The position numbers and the translations under genes were made by a program. The notes below the pieces were generated by a model, which was given only the letters and a program-made list of their open reading frames with translations, had not been told where the DNA came from and ran no database searches. 64,000 nt of DNA, taken from the human T2T-CHM13v2.0 reference genome, Homo sapiens. The DNA lies in assembly GCF_009914755.1 (NCBI RefSeq), contig NC_060943.1. One strand, given 5' to 3'. This document shows positions 1 to 41,248 of the stretch, in pieces (the stretch's first letter is position 1; each line of letters starts with the position of its first letter).

Positions 1-2123
<2,123 letters not shown>

Positions 2124-2167
2124 GAAACCATGTGGTACCTTTAAAAGCAGAAATCACGCTTCTGGAG

Positions 2168-3080
2168 TCTTTGAAGGATTTACTAATATTTATTAAGTGC
2201 CACCAACATTTCAACGGGCCACAGGCAGGGCTGGGAGTTGGGGGAGAAGGAGTGGCTCCCCTCCCGACAACAGGTGACCCTCACCCCCGGCTCAGGGCCC
2301 CGAGGGGGTCCTGGAAACACTCACGCTCAAGGAGCGGAGGTGAATGGCTTCCTGTTCTCACCTCCGGGTCCAGGCACTGGGGGTGAGGAAGTGGCTGGGA
2401 GGCCAGGAAGCTGGAGGAGGGGAGGTGCTGGGGCCCAGGGCTGTGCGGGAGGGGATGGGATCCTGTGGGTACCTTGGCCCGTGTGCCAGGGTCGGGGGAA
2501 CGTGACACTAGGTGAGAATTGGGTAGAAAGTGTGTGTGAAAGGGCATGCGTGCATGTGATGTTGGTGCCATATCTATAGGTGTCGTTGTCATGGTGTGTG
2601 TTGTCACTGTGTCTGTGTGTGACATCATCACCGTCTGTGTGATGCCATCGCCGCGTCTGTGTGACATTAATATGTGTGACGTCGACATGGCCCGTGACGT
2701 CGTTGCTGCATCTCGGTGTGACGTCATGCCAAGTTCCCCATGTCTGTGTGCGACGTGCTGCATCTGCACGACGCCATCGCTATATCTCTTCGTGACGTCT
2801 ACATGGCCACGTGACGCCATCACCACGGTGATATGTGACGTCAGCGCCGTTGCTTGCGTGACGTCATCTCCGCGGCCGTGTGCTCTGCGTGAGGGATCGT
2901 GAGGCGCGGGTGCGGGTGTGAGAGGGTACTAGGGGTTTGCATGCAGGGAGTTGTCTGATGGTGGCCCTGGGTGGTTGGGGGCGGCGGGAGGGGGTTGTGT
3001 CGGGCGCTGTGAGCATATCCCTGCATCCTCCGCAAACCGCCGAGTCGGGCCATCCCTTGGTCCTCAGGCCTGGAGCCTCC
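2168..3080 (-). other. PLVAP: PLVAP 3'UTR
   Basis: Lies between the stop codon (3081-3083) and AATAAA (2189-2194). Confidence 0.85.
2189..2194 (-). terminator. PLVAP polyadenylation signal AATAAA
   Basis: tttatt on + strand at the end of unique sequence, just before the Alu block. Confidence 0.85.
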
Positions 3081-3087
3081 TCAGCCA
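3081..3087 (-). CDS. PLVAP: PLVAP coding part of exon 6 (T GGC TGA)
   Basis: Acceptor CTTCCTGCCCTAG at 3088-3100; completes ...SSG-stop and brings the CDS to a multiple of 3. Confidence 0.93.
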
Positions 3088-4209
3088 CTAGGGCAGGAAG
3101 GGGATGGTAACACAACAGAGTGTCAGACAGAGGGAAGGGCAAACCTCGCCGGGCCCTGGAGGCTCGTCCTCAGCGGGGACACAACATCCTGGGGACCCCG
3201 GCCCTGCCTCCTACCACCCTGGGCCCCTACTTCTTCCTCAGAACCCCAGGGCTCCTTCGGGTTCAGCCTCTCCATGAGACGCTCATGTGTTGAACCTCCC
3301 CAGGATGGTGAATGGTGAGACTGAGGTGTGTTCTTCCCCATTATACAGATGAAGAGACTGAGATTCAGAGTGGCCACACTTCACGAGCCCCAAGCCTCTG
3401 CTACAGCTTGTTTGACTCTCCCCAGTGCCTCCCAACATTCTGGGGATACTGAGAATTTACCCCAAAGCCTCTGCTCCCCCAGACCCCTACACTGGTTCCC
3501 AAGGCAAGGCTTCGGTCTCCCTCTTTTGCCTGCTCCTGCTCACATGTCCTCCATGGCTCCCCAGTGCCCTCAGGACAAAGTCCAAACCTTACAACGTGGC
3601 ATTCAGGGCTCCACCCCTCTGCCCCTGCCAGGCCTCCCCATCAGGGACTCCTGCTGTGCCAAAGACCCAACAATTCCAAGAGCCATCACACTGCTTCCGC
3701 ACCCTCCGGCCCCACCGCCTTTGCACGATCGGAGTTGTCTTGCTATCTGGGATGCCCTCCCCCTCCTGGGCCTGGCAGAGGTTCCTGCGAGGGGTCAGGG
3801 GTTGGCTTAGAGCCTGTTTCCTGCTGGGGGAGGAGGGGGCTGTGGCTAAGTCCCGCTTCCGCTGGTCCTCTCCCTTCCTTCCCCGGCTCTTCCCTGGGGC
3901 CCGAGTGGCCTCACGTTCCTTGGTTGGCTCTGGGCCCTGGCCCTGGCCCCAGACTCCATCCTCAACCAGCATTTACCCAGCTCTTGTCCCTGCTGCCAGC
4001 CTGCAAGGCTCCATCTTTGCTTGAACTGGGTCAATGCACATCCCTCTGTCCTGGTCCCCAGCTCTTTGTCCCGTAGTCTGTTCCCCAACAGTGACCAGAG
4101 GAACTTGTGGATGCTTGAACTGGGTCATGCACATCCCCCGTCTGCTCAGGTCCTCACAGCAGCCACAGGCAGGGCTTGATCAGCTCCCATCACTTCCCTG
4201 CCCTCACCT

Positions 4210-4630
4210 CCTCCTCCCGTTCCCCTCCATCACTCCACTCCAGCCACACCGGCCTCTTCCCTCAAACACACAAGGCACGGTCCCACCTTGGGGCCTTTGC
4301 CCTGGCTGTGTCCTCTGTCTAGTGCACCCTTCCTGGGATCCCCCCATGGCTCCTCCCTCACCTCCTCTGGGTCTCTGCTTCAATATCACCTCCTCGGTGT
4401 AGCCTGCCCTGTCTCTGGTAGAAAGTTCCAACCTTCTTACGCTTCCTGCCCCTTTCTCTGTCTCGCCCATCACCAAAGGACCCTTGAGTGACCCGTTCAT
4501 CTAATTTATTATCCATCTCTCCCACTAGACTGTGAGCCCCATGAGGGCAGCGGGTTTCTGTGCCTTGTTCCCAGCACCCAGCACCATGCCCGGTTACCAG
4601 CAGCTGCTCAATAAATACGGCTTGAATGGA
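4210..4630 (+). mobile_element. L2 3' end
   Basis: ctcccactagactgtgagccccatgagggcag...gctcaataaatac motif. Confidence 0.6.
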
Positions 4631-4691
4631 CACACGAATCATCAGAGGCGTAACAGTGAACTTGAACAACATTAACCACGTGTCCAGCTCA

Positions 4692-10572
<5,881 letters not shown>

Positions 10573-11242
10573 GAGACTCATTTTCTAGAAAGTAAAGGTC
10601 AGGATTCATTCCTGGATGCCACTCCCCCTTCTCTCCCTCTGCTCATTACCTTCCCTCACCCCCGTCCAGCCTCCAGGCCTTTGGCCTGGCTGTTCCTGCT
10701 GCCTAGAACACTGTTCCCCCTGCTTTCCCTGAGGCCAGCTCCTCATGCTCCAGCTCTTCCTCACCAAGGCTCTCTCTTGCCTGTTTGGGGTCCGATGGCC
10801 TGGGTTCATGTCCCAGCTCTGCTGTGCTCCCTGGGGTACAGGGCATGCCCTCTCTGTGCCTCACTCTCCTCATCTGGAAAGTGGGTAGAATAGTGGTTTG
10901 CCCTACTATTATTGTTAAGTTGTGAAGATTACATGAATTAATCTTGCAAAGTACTTAGAACTGCGTGGGGCTCCCAGTAGGTGCCTAATAATTGTAGGCT
11001 CTTTGGTAGTCCCATCATGACACTGTCTAACCCACTACTCAGGGAGTTTCATGAGGACAGGACTGGGTGTGTCTTGGATACTGCTGTGTCCCTCACGCCC
11101 AACCATACATGACCTAGTATACAGCAGGTGCTCAATTAAGGAAGAAGCAAGTGTGAGATCAGCCTCCCTCCACCCTCAGTCCTGGTCCTAGCTTTGCCCA
11201 CAGTTCTAAGACTGAACAACTGCAGTCTGCCCAGTGCCTTAC

Positions 11243-11324
11243 CTGGATGGGGCTACAGGGATGCCTGCAGGGGGCCTCTGGGACTCCAGGATCTTCCTCT
11301 TGAACTCCTCCAGGCTAGCTGGGT
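11243..11324 (-). CDS. PLVAP: PLVAP coding exon 5
   Basis: DPASLEEFKRKILESQRPPAGIPVAPS; acceptor CCACAG, donor AG|GTAAG; 82 nt. Confidence 0.96.
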
Positions 11325-11486
11325 CTGTGGAGGGAGAGAGGTGAGGCTTGACCTACAGCTTCAGTTGCCCCTGCCCCTGGGCTAGGGATGGGCTGGCAGC
11401 CCAGGGGAGTGGGAAAGTGGGGCTGGGGTGGGGTTCGAGGTGGAAAGGGGCCCCTCCCCTACTTGGCTCTGTCTTTTGTCACTCAC

Positions 11487-11547
11487 CGATGGGCTGGGGG
11501 TTGGGGACAGGGCCCATGGGCCTTGACACTGGCATCATCGGCTGCGA
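11487..11547 (-). CDS. PLVAP: PLVAP coding exon 4 (Pro-rich)
   Basis: SQPMMPVSRPMGPVPNPQPI; acceptor CAG, donor G|GTGAGT; 61 nt. Confidence 0.96.
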
Positions 11548-11648
11548 CTGTGAAAGAAAGATGGAGGGAGGTTGGTAGGAGCCAGGGCTTCCCAGACAGG
11601 CTTCTGCCTTTTCTTTTCTTTTCTTTTTCTTTTTTTTTTTTTTTTTGA

Positions 11649-11744
<96 letters not shown>

Positions 11745-11796
11745 TAAGCCTCCTGGGTAGCTGGGACTACAGTCACACACCACCATGCCTGGCTAA

Positions 11797-12003
<207 letters not shown>

Positions 12004-12450
12004 TAGAAAGACATACATGGTCATGAACATAGAATCACCTGCACGCACCACAAGACTTGGGGACACCACAAGATGGCTTGGGGACTTGTGGGACTGATCA
12101 CCTCGGCAGTCCTGAGGCCCCATGCTGCAGAGCTGGCCTACCCCTGTCTCCATCACAGCCTCAGGGTGAATCCAGTTCCAACCCAAGACCCCATCGGAGT
12201 CTACTCACCCACCACAGCCCCCTTCAGACTGAAGCCAACCTACCGTGTAGACTAACTGGACCCCGATCCTAAATGCCACCCCTGGAATATCCCTGAGCCA
12301 ATCCCCCAAAACCTGAAATCCAAAGCCAATTCTGAACTCAATCACCTAAAATCTGATCCCAACGTGAAAAGTCAATCTCCCTTAGAATCAAGCCTCAGCC
12401 TAAACCCAGTCCTAATTATAAACTGGATCTGACCATATCTTCAGATCTCA

Positions 12451-12651
<201 letters not shown>

Positions 12652-13927
12652 TCAGCCGGGCCTGGTGGCGGGCACCTGTAGTCGCAGCTACTCGGGGAAG
12701 CTGAGGCAGGAGAATTGCTTGAACCTGGGAGGCGGAGGTAGCAGTGAGCCAAGATTGTACCACTGCACTCCAGCCTGGGTGACAGAGCGAAACTCTGTCT
12801 CAAAAAGAAAAAAGAGAAAATATCCATTTCCCCAGCCCCAGCCCTGTGCTCCAACATGTCCTCCTACAAACACTTGTGCAATGTCATGCTCAACCTCCTC
12901 AACCCCAGACCCCAGCCTCTGCCCAGCTCCCATCCTAAACCCACCCTCAGTTCCAATCCCAACCCAAACTTCACTCCAATCCTAAGGCCCTATGGAGCCC
13001 CTGATGTTAACCCGAAACAGTCCTAAGCTGGTCAGTTACCCCAAATCCACCTCAACCCACTTCCACCCCGAGATTGGCATCTACCCCAAATTTTCCTCTC
13101 AACCCAGCCCTGATCGTCACTCAACCCCAATGTCCCCAGCCATAACCCAGGGTCACCCAATCCTTCAACTCAACTCCAAGCCCACTCAACCTTCCACCAG
13201 TCACCCTAAACCAACCGAACCTCAACTCCTAACCCATTGTCAATACCAATCCCTATGTCAATGCCAGTGAAATCCAAAATTCACCCTTGGCTGCAACCTC
13301 TAAGCATCTCTATACCGACCAGCCACCTCCAGCTACCAGAGCCTCCAATCCAGCTTCAGTGCTTCAACTCAGTCCCGAAGCAACTGAGATCCTAGATCAT
13401 TCTTCACCCAACCTCACCCCCTACAAGCATCCCTGACTCAATTTGCAAGCTTTTCTCACCATCCAAATTCCAAATTCAACCCCAGTTCTAAAATCAGTGA
13501 AATCCTAAGTGAAATCCTAACCTTAACTCAAATCAGCTCCAGATACAGCAGTGACCAAAAACTCATCTCAGCCCAACTTAAACACGAGTTCAACCTTCAC
13601 ATCAACTCTTCCTCTAGGCATCCTCACCCCAGTATCACTCCCAACACTAAACCAACTCCCCGGTTCCTCAACACAACTCAAATACAGGATTTTAACTCCG
13701 ACCCTAACCCCAATCCTCATCCCAGCCGTAAAAGAACCCACCAGCTCCCTACGCTCAAACTCAGCCTCGATTCTTTCATTTTTCGTTTTTAGAATTGGGA
13801 GCAGATTTTATTTTATTTTAGATTCAGTGGGGATGTGTGCCAGTTTGTTACACTGGGTATATTGCATGATGCAGAGGTTTGGGTTTCTTTTTTTTGAGAC
13901 GGAGTCTTGCTGTGTCACCCAGGCTAG

Positions 13928-14182
<255 letters not shown>

Positions 14183-14455
14183 TAGAGGTCTGGGTTTCTA
14201 ATGGTCCCATTGCCCAAGCAATGAACACAGTACCCAAAATGTAGGTTTTTAACCCCTTCCCCCCTCCCTTCCACCCTTTCCCATTTTGGAACCCCAGTGT
14301 CTGTTGCTCCCATCCTTGGTCTTTCACTCAAGCTGGAGTGCAGTGGTGCAATCCCGGCTCACTGCAGCCTCAACCTCCTGGGCTCAAGCAATCCTCCCAC
14401 TTCTCAGCCTCCCAAGTAGCTGGGATTACAGGTGTGTGCCACCACACCCGGCTAA

Positions 14456-15024
<569 letters not shown>

Positions 15025-15228
15025 TGAGCTCAGGCAATCCACCTGCCTCCGCCTCCCAAAGTGCTAGGATTACAGGCGTGAGCCACCACACCCAGCCTGG
15101 GGTGGGGTCTTGCTATGTTGCCCAGGCTGGTCTGAACTCCTGAGTTTAAGCTATCCTTCCACCTTGGCCTCCCAAAATGCTGGGATTACAAGTGTGAGCC
15201 ACCAAGCCCAGCCAGCCTCAATTCTTAA

Positions 15229-15788
<560 letters not shown>

Positions 15789-15998
15789 TAATTCCATTCT
15801 TAACCCTACACTCTTCTCAATGCCATCCCCATTCCAAGCTCTATCCTGATCCTAATGCCTGATCCTAGAGAGTTGTAACTCACCCAACCTAGACCAGGAA
15901 GCCATCCTCAAAGCCAACTCCAAGTTCAAATCGCCACCACCCTCTTGGCATCTGGACCTAACTCCACTGCAGCCTCCCTCTGGGGCCTGCAAGCCCAC

Positions 15999-16711
15999 CT
16001 TGGTCTTGATGCAGGTGTCCAGGGCTGAGTTTCTGATGGCCAGCTCCATCCTGAGCTGCTCCGCCTCCCTCTTCTTCTCTTCCAGCTCCTTGGCCAGGTT
16101 GTCTCGTTCCTTCCGCAGCACCGCCTTCTCCTCCAGCGCTAGCTGGGTCTGCCGGGAGCATTCAGCTTGGAGCTTGGCCTCCCGGGCCTGAGCCTCCTTC
16201 TCCACCTTCTGTTTCGCCTCCTGACTGGCCCGCAGGCCCTGCTGGGCTTCCAGCTTCTGGCGTTGGAGGTCTGAGTTCTCGCGGGCCACGCGTTCGATAT
16301 CCGCCCGGAGGCTCCGGGCCAGCTCCTCCACCTTGGAGCTCATGAGGCTGGGCATGTGGTCGCAGGCTCTGCGGATGGAGGCCAATTCCGAGCCCAGGGG
16401 ATGGTAGAGGTTGTAACCCAGGTTGTCCAGGCTGCGTGGGATAATGGAGTCCCTCCACAGGTTACGAAGGTCCATCTCAAACTTGTCCTTGTCCAGGGGC
16501 AGGCAGAGGGCTTGCACCTTTTGCAGTTGCTCCTTGGCCAGCTGGCGCTCTTGGTGCTGCAGCTCCCGGGTTTTCACGCATTCAACCAGCTGTTCCTCCG
16601 CCACGCGTTTGTTCAGCAGCACGCTTTCCTTATCCTTAGTGCAAATGGTCTTCTCCTTGGCTATCTCCACCTCCAGCGTCTTCACCTTCTGATTCAGCAT
16701 GAAGAGCAAGG
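15999..16711 (-). CDS. PLVAP: PLVAP coding exon 3 (long coiled coil)
   Basis: Core of ORF 15852..16814 (LLFMLNQKVK...TCIKTK); acceptor TTCCTTAG, donor AAG|GTGGGC; 713 nt. Confidence 0.98.
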
Positions 16712-16811
16712 CTAAGGAAAACAGGACCAGGAGACCCAGGAAGATTGGGGGCTGCCGAGAGCACTGGGCAGGGAGTCCACCACCCCGGCTCCCTGCAGCC
16801 TTAGCACTCAC

Positions 16812-16908
16812 CATCGCAGCTCTTGTTCATGTCCTTGAATTGATCTCTGCATTGCTTCTCACTCAAGATGATGGCAGCCATGTACCTCTGATTGTTCGTG
16901 TAGATGAC
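16812..16908 (-). CDS. PLVAP: PLVAP coding exon 2
   Basis: Acceptor CAG at 16909-16911; encodes VIYTNNQRYMAAIILSEKQCRDQFKDMNKSCD; donor G|GTGAGT; 97 nt. Confidence 0.97.
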
Positions 16909-17305
16909 CTGCCCGGAAGATAGGGGAAGGACGCAGGACAGAGCTTAGTGTCTTGCCCCCAGGACTGCCTGGACCCAGATCGAGCACCCTGGTGGCCAGA
17001 GTGAGCTGAGTTCACAAGGGCATGGTCCCTTTATGAGGGAATGTTAGAAGCCAGGTGTGGCAGCTCACACCTGTCATCCCAATTACTTGGGAGGCTGAGG
17101 TGGGAGGATCACTCGAGCCCAAGAGTTTGAGACCAGCCTGGGCAACATAGTGAGACTCCCATCTCAATAAAACAAACAAACAAAAATAAATAAACAAAAA
17201 TATAGTGGATGTTTGTCTGATCTTCAAAAGCTTTTACAGTTACTACTATCCAGAAATAAAAAGACACAAAGTATAAATACATGCTACAACATGGATGAAC
17301 TTTAA

Positions 17306-27606
<10,301 letters not shown>

Positions 27607-27645
27607 TCAGGGTCCCCAGGGCGAGTGTCCTGCCCACAGCCTTAC

Positions 27646-28014
27646 CCGGTCACCCTGGCACTGGCGGAAGCTGGCATTGATGCGGTCCAGGTCGCGGCGA
27701 GCATTCAGCCACATCTGCATGATGGCATCCTTGGCGCGGGTGGTGAAGTTGAGCTCCTTGGTCAAGTTGGACTGGGAGGCCGTGAGCCCTAGGAGCTGAC
27801 TGTATAGGCCCTCGGCTCGGCGCTCGGTGGCCTGCAGGTTGGACTCTGTGCTCACGTGCACGTTGCCATAGACCATGAAGAGCACGAGCCCCAGGATGAT
27901 GAGGAATTGGATGAGGGAGACGAAGAGGAAGAAGTAGCGCAGGTAATACCAGCAGCCCCGAGAGCTGCCCCCCGCCCGAGCGTAGGACCCTCCGTGCTCC
28001 ATGGCCAGACCCAT
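27646..28014 (-). CDS. PLVAP: PLVAP (PV-1) coding exon 1: cytoplasmic tail, TM helix, start of coiled coil
   Basis: [50 protein letters not shown]...QCQGDR; donor CGG|GTAAG at 27645; 369 nt, phase 0. Confidence 0.98.
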
Positions 28015-28089
28015 TTGCTCGATCCCGCCGTCCGGTGCACCGTCCCTGCTCACCACCAGGCCTGCTCTGGCCCCCGCCTCGCAGGGGGG

Positions 28090-28175
28090 AGTGCTTATAT
28101 TACTCCTCTTAATACTTCCTCTGCCTGGCTCCTTCCTGGCCCGGAGGAAACGGGGGCTGCGGGTTATCACAACAC
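28090..28175 (-). promoter_or_regulatory. PLVAP proximal promoter
   Basis: TATA-like TAATATAA (28095-28102); ETS cores AGGAAG (28115-20, 28132-37) and GGAA (28146-49); GATAA (28164-68). ETS plus GATA is typical of endothelial promoters. Confidence 0.65.
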
Positions 28176-28630
28176 TCCCACTCTGGCTGTGAGAAGGCGG
28201 GGGTGGGGCTGGGGGCCCAGAGCCAGGGCACCGGCTGGACCCCTCTGATTAATGCTGGGTGGGGCGCTGGCTGGCTGGTCAGGCATTCCTGGCCTCTTCG
28301 AGCCTCGCGTTCGCCTTTACTTGCTGGCGGGTGCTGTTCTCAGTACCTGCTGTGATTAGGTCGCTGAATCATGCCAGGTCTGTTGCTGTCTCCCTTGTGT
28401 GGCGGAGGAAACTGAGGCACAGGGAGGAGAAGGGGTTGCCTCGGGGTCTCACGCTGTTAGTTCAGCGAACTTGACTTACCTCAAGACAGGCTGGCTACAG
28501 ACGTGCACCCACTTCACCAGGGCAGTGCTGATTAAGTGCCACAAAACGTGGGAAATGTGCCAGGCACGGTGGCTCACGCCTATAATCCCAGCACTTTGGG
28601 AGGCTGAGGCGGACGGATCACCTGAGGTCA

Positions 28631-28876
<246 letters not shown>

Positions 28877-29289
28877 TTAGCTAGCCTAGGGATGGAGAAG
28901 CAGTAGGTGATTAGTAATTGCATAGGAGGGCGTCACGGAGGGCTGAGCCATGGATGGCGGTGGCGCTGGCTCCCCAAGCTCTGTCATTGCCCCCAGTGCC
29001 CTGTTCACTTAGATGCTCAGTAAATGCTCCAGGAAACTGCAGCACAAGGAATAATGAACTTGGAGCAGGGAAGAGCTGGCTTTGTCCCGGGAGAGCTCGG
29101 GCAAGAGGCCTCGCATGTCTGTGCCTCCCTTTTCCCCTTTGTGAGACGGGGTATACCCAGTGCCTCGTCACTCTGTGGCTGTTGTTATGATTAGGATCAT
29201 TTCCTGCTGGAGGCACTGCTGGGGGCTCCGTGAGATGGTGAATGACAAGTGGTGGATACGTGGGACTGAGATTCCTCCCCCGACACTCA

Positions 29290-29707
<418 letters not shown>

Positions 29708-30431
29708 CTATCTCCCAGGATCAGGAGCTCCAGGGAAACCCTCCCTGGAGTCCCTTCTTTGTTTGCTCCATGCTGGGTGATGCCAGGGCCCCCCAAGAGG
29801 TGTCAGTCCCAACCCCAGCCACAAGCAACTCCCAGTCTTGGGAGACAGACTGGGACAGGTACCCCCCACCCTGTGGAGTCAGGGTGGGCTGGAGGAACAG
29901 GAGCAGGGAGCCGGAAAGGAGGCTGGACTCTGGACAGGTGACAATCATGCAATTGCTGTCCTCTGTAGGGCAATGTGAAGGCTGGGGCGTGGGGACCCGT
30001 CCCCCCATTAGCCAGGGTAACAGAGTGGGGAGGGGTCGTTGACAGAGCGGAGGGGTACTCCAGGGTGGTGCTCAGTGAGGCGAGTGTAGAGTTGAGAAGA
30101 AGGAAGTTCCCAGGGGTGGGCAGGAAACCCATGTCTGACCTTTGACCTTTGCAGCTACCCGGTGGTTCCTGATCCTGATTCCGGACCCTTCCCAGCGGCG
30201 TCGTCGGCGGCTGCTAGTGGGGGAAGGAGGGCTGGGGGCTGCCACGGGTGCCCAACCAGCCATTTCTCTGGGTTGGCCAGACCCACCCAGAGCCCCCCAG
30301 AGCTGGGCAGGAGGAGAACATCCTCCGTAATGGGGGCAATGTAGTCTGAGTGAACCCAGCATTACAGTTTAGAGTTCTGGAGTTGAGTTCTGACTGTGCC
30401 ACCTACCAGCTTTGTGGCCTTGGAGAAGTGA

Positions 30432-30833
<402 letters not shown>

Positions 30834-30883
30834 TAGTAGAGACAGGGTTTCACCAGGCTGGTCTCAAACTCCTGACCTCGTGA

Positions 30884-31210
<327 letters not shown>

Positions 31211-32180
31211 TGACCAGGCTGGTCACAAACTCCTGACCTCAGGTGATCCACCTGCCTTGGACTCCCAAAGTGCTGAGATTACAGAATGAACCACCGCACC
31301 GGGCAATGATGGCATTTTTTAAGATGTGAGGGCTGGATCATGCCTGGCCTCTGATGTCAGGCTGAGGAACTCAGACATAGGGGAGGGGCAGTATTCCCAG
31401 CTGCCGGTGCCCCAGGCCTGTGAGAGCACTGGGGAAAGGAGAGCATGATGGGGATGAAGTGTGGGTGACCAGGGTCCAGCAGAGGAGCTGAGGCTGGGTG
31501 CAGTGTCTGGGCCAATGCCAGTAGATGTGGGTCTTGGTGTACACTTAAGATCTTGGCTGTTCTTCATTGTATATAGAAGATGTTGCATCTATGTATGTAT
31601 GAATGTGATACCAGTTGACAAGGAAAAATAAAGGCAACCTCAAACTCCCAGAAAACAAAAAGCCCCCCGGACCTGATGGTACTGATGTGCCACAATTTTG
31701 AACAGTTGTCACCATGTGAGAAGCAGAGTTTTAAATATACATACCAATGTTATTTGTATCAAGCCCAAAAACAATATTTGGTGTCCTTTTCTAATTTGAT
31801 CTCACACCTTTAATTTGTAATGTTTCTGTTTTGGATCATTTGTTATATTAGCTGATTTAACTTTGTAACTTTTTGTTTGTTTGTTTTGAGGCAGAGTTTT
31901 CTCTTGTCGTCCAGGCTGGCATGCAATGGCATGATCTTGGCTCACTGCAACCTCCACCTCTGGGTTCAAGTGATTCTCCTGCCTCAGCCTCCTGAGTAGC
32001 TGGGATTACAGGTGCACACCACCATGCCTAGCTAATTTTTTTTTTTTTTTGGTATTTTTTAGTACAGATGGGCTTTCGCCATGTTGGCCAGGCTGGTGTC
32101 GAACTCCTGACCACAGGTGATCCACCCACCTCATCCTCCCAAATTGCTGGGATTACAGGCGTGAGCCACCACGCCAGGCC

Positions 32181-32227
<47 letters not shown>

Positions 32228-32257
32228 CAAAAAGGGTAGGCTGGGGGTCGTGGCTCA

Positions 32258-32620
<363 letters not shown>

Positions 32621-33000
32621 TCACCAGATACAGTACCATAAAATTATGAATGGACACTTAGATTTTTTCTGAGTTAGTTTTTCAATAAATAAAAGAAGAT
32701 TTAAAATCAAATTTCCTGGCTGGGTGCGGTGGCTCACATCTGTAATCCAAAGCACTTTGGAAAGCCAAGGCAGGCGGATCACTTGAGTCCAGGAGTTTGA
32801 GACCAGCCTGGGCAACATGTTGAAATCCCATCTCTTCAAAAAATACAAAAATTAGCCGGGTGTGGTAGTCCCAGCTACTTGGGAGGCTGAGGCAGAGAAT
32901 TGCTTGAATCCAGGAGGCACAGGTTGCAGTGAGCCGAGATCACACCACTGCACTCCAGCCTGGGTGACAGAGTGAGACCCGGTCTCAAAAAAAAAAAAAA

Positions 33001-33002
33001 AA

Positions 33003-33058
<56 letters not shown>

Positions 33059-33060
33059 AA
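33001..33060 (+). repeat. (AAAG)n microsatellite in an Alu tail
   Basis: About 14 units. Confidence 0.9.
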
Positions 33061-33239
33061 ATCAAATTTCCAGAAATGAATGAAATTACTGGGTCTCAAA
33101 GTGGGCACATTTTTACATTTTGATAGTTGTCACCAATTTGTCCTTCAAAGAGGTTGTTTTCATTGACATCTTTGCCTGCGATGTCTGAAATCTCCAAACA
33201 TGGACTTTATGAAAATGTTCTGTTTGTGTCCTTGGCCAG

Positions 33240-36985
<3,746 letters not shown>

Positions 36986-37169
36986 GCAGAGCCTCCAGAT
37001 GAGCCCCCTCTCAGGTGAAGGTCCTGATCAGGCACCTACAAACCCCAGGTGGATGGGAGGATCGTGAGCAGGACTGGCTAAAGGGGGTGGTGTCAGAGTT
37101 CCAAGAGCTTCCAATCCCCTCTCTACACCGGCCTCTTAGGAATTTTTTAAATTTATTTTTATGTACTTA

Positions 37170-40720
<3,551 letters not shown>

Positions 40721-40864
40721 ACAAACATGTTACTTGGTTCTTTTTGTTTAAATTCCATCTGGGAGTTTTGTACCCTTCTCACAGGGTTAGGGATTTGCGG
40801 TTTTCCTATTGTGCCACCTTTGTCAGCTTTTGTTGTCAAATCAGCTCCCTATCATGAGTCCAAT

Positions 40865-41075
40865 CACCCATTTTACAGATAGGGTAAACTGAAACCCAAA
40901 GAGGGAAAGTGACCCTTTCCGGTTTTTCCTGAGCCAGGGCTAGACCTCCAGTCCTCATATCTGTGGGATGACGGCAACATTGTTGTTAGAGGGGACTTCA
41001 AATCCCAGCTAAGCACTAGCTCACTGCATGATCACTTGGGCCTCAGTTTCCCTGTCTGTAGAATAAGCACTTTAC
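40865..41075. mobile_element. MIR fragments
   Basis: cccattttacagatagggtaaactga and gggcctcagtttccctgtctgta cores. Confidence 0.55.
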
Positions 41076-41248
41076 ATGGTGGGGGAGAGAGGGCTGAGGC
41101 ACCTTTCTGTGCAGTTTCCGTTCAGGACGTCTCCAGGGTCTAAAGCTGAGTGTCGCATCCAGCGTGGGGGTGCCTCTATACACGTCCCCGCAGACCCCCC
41201 CCCATATGTGTCCTCCAGGCCGACGCCCCCTTCCGGCAGGGGGCCGAC

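Noticed and set aside
2281-2902. Overlapping ORFs 2281..2826(-) and 2546..2902(+)
   Set aside because: By-products of the low-complexity GT/GACGTC repeat in the PLVAP 3'UTR; no splice or start context.
11487-11547. PLVAP exon 4 and BST2 exon 3 are both 61 nt
   Set aside because: Phases differ (0->1 versus 1->2) and the peptides are unrelated; coincidence.
28015-28170. N-terminal extensions of the PLVAP ORF (and of CCDC194, 44883-45161)
   Set aside because: They begin at non-ATG codons and run through the TATA-like promoter elements.
40881-40896. ISRE-like GTAAACTGAAAC
   Set aside because: It is the MIR core (gaaactgag-type) and the first half-site is broken.
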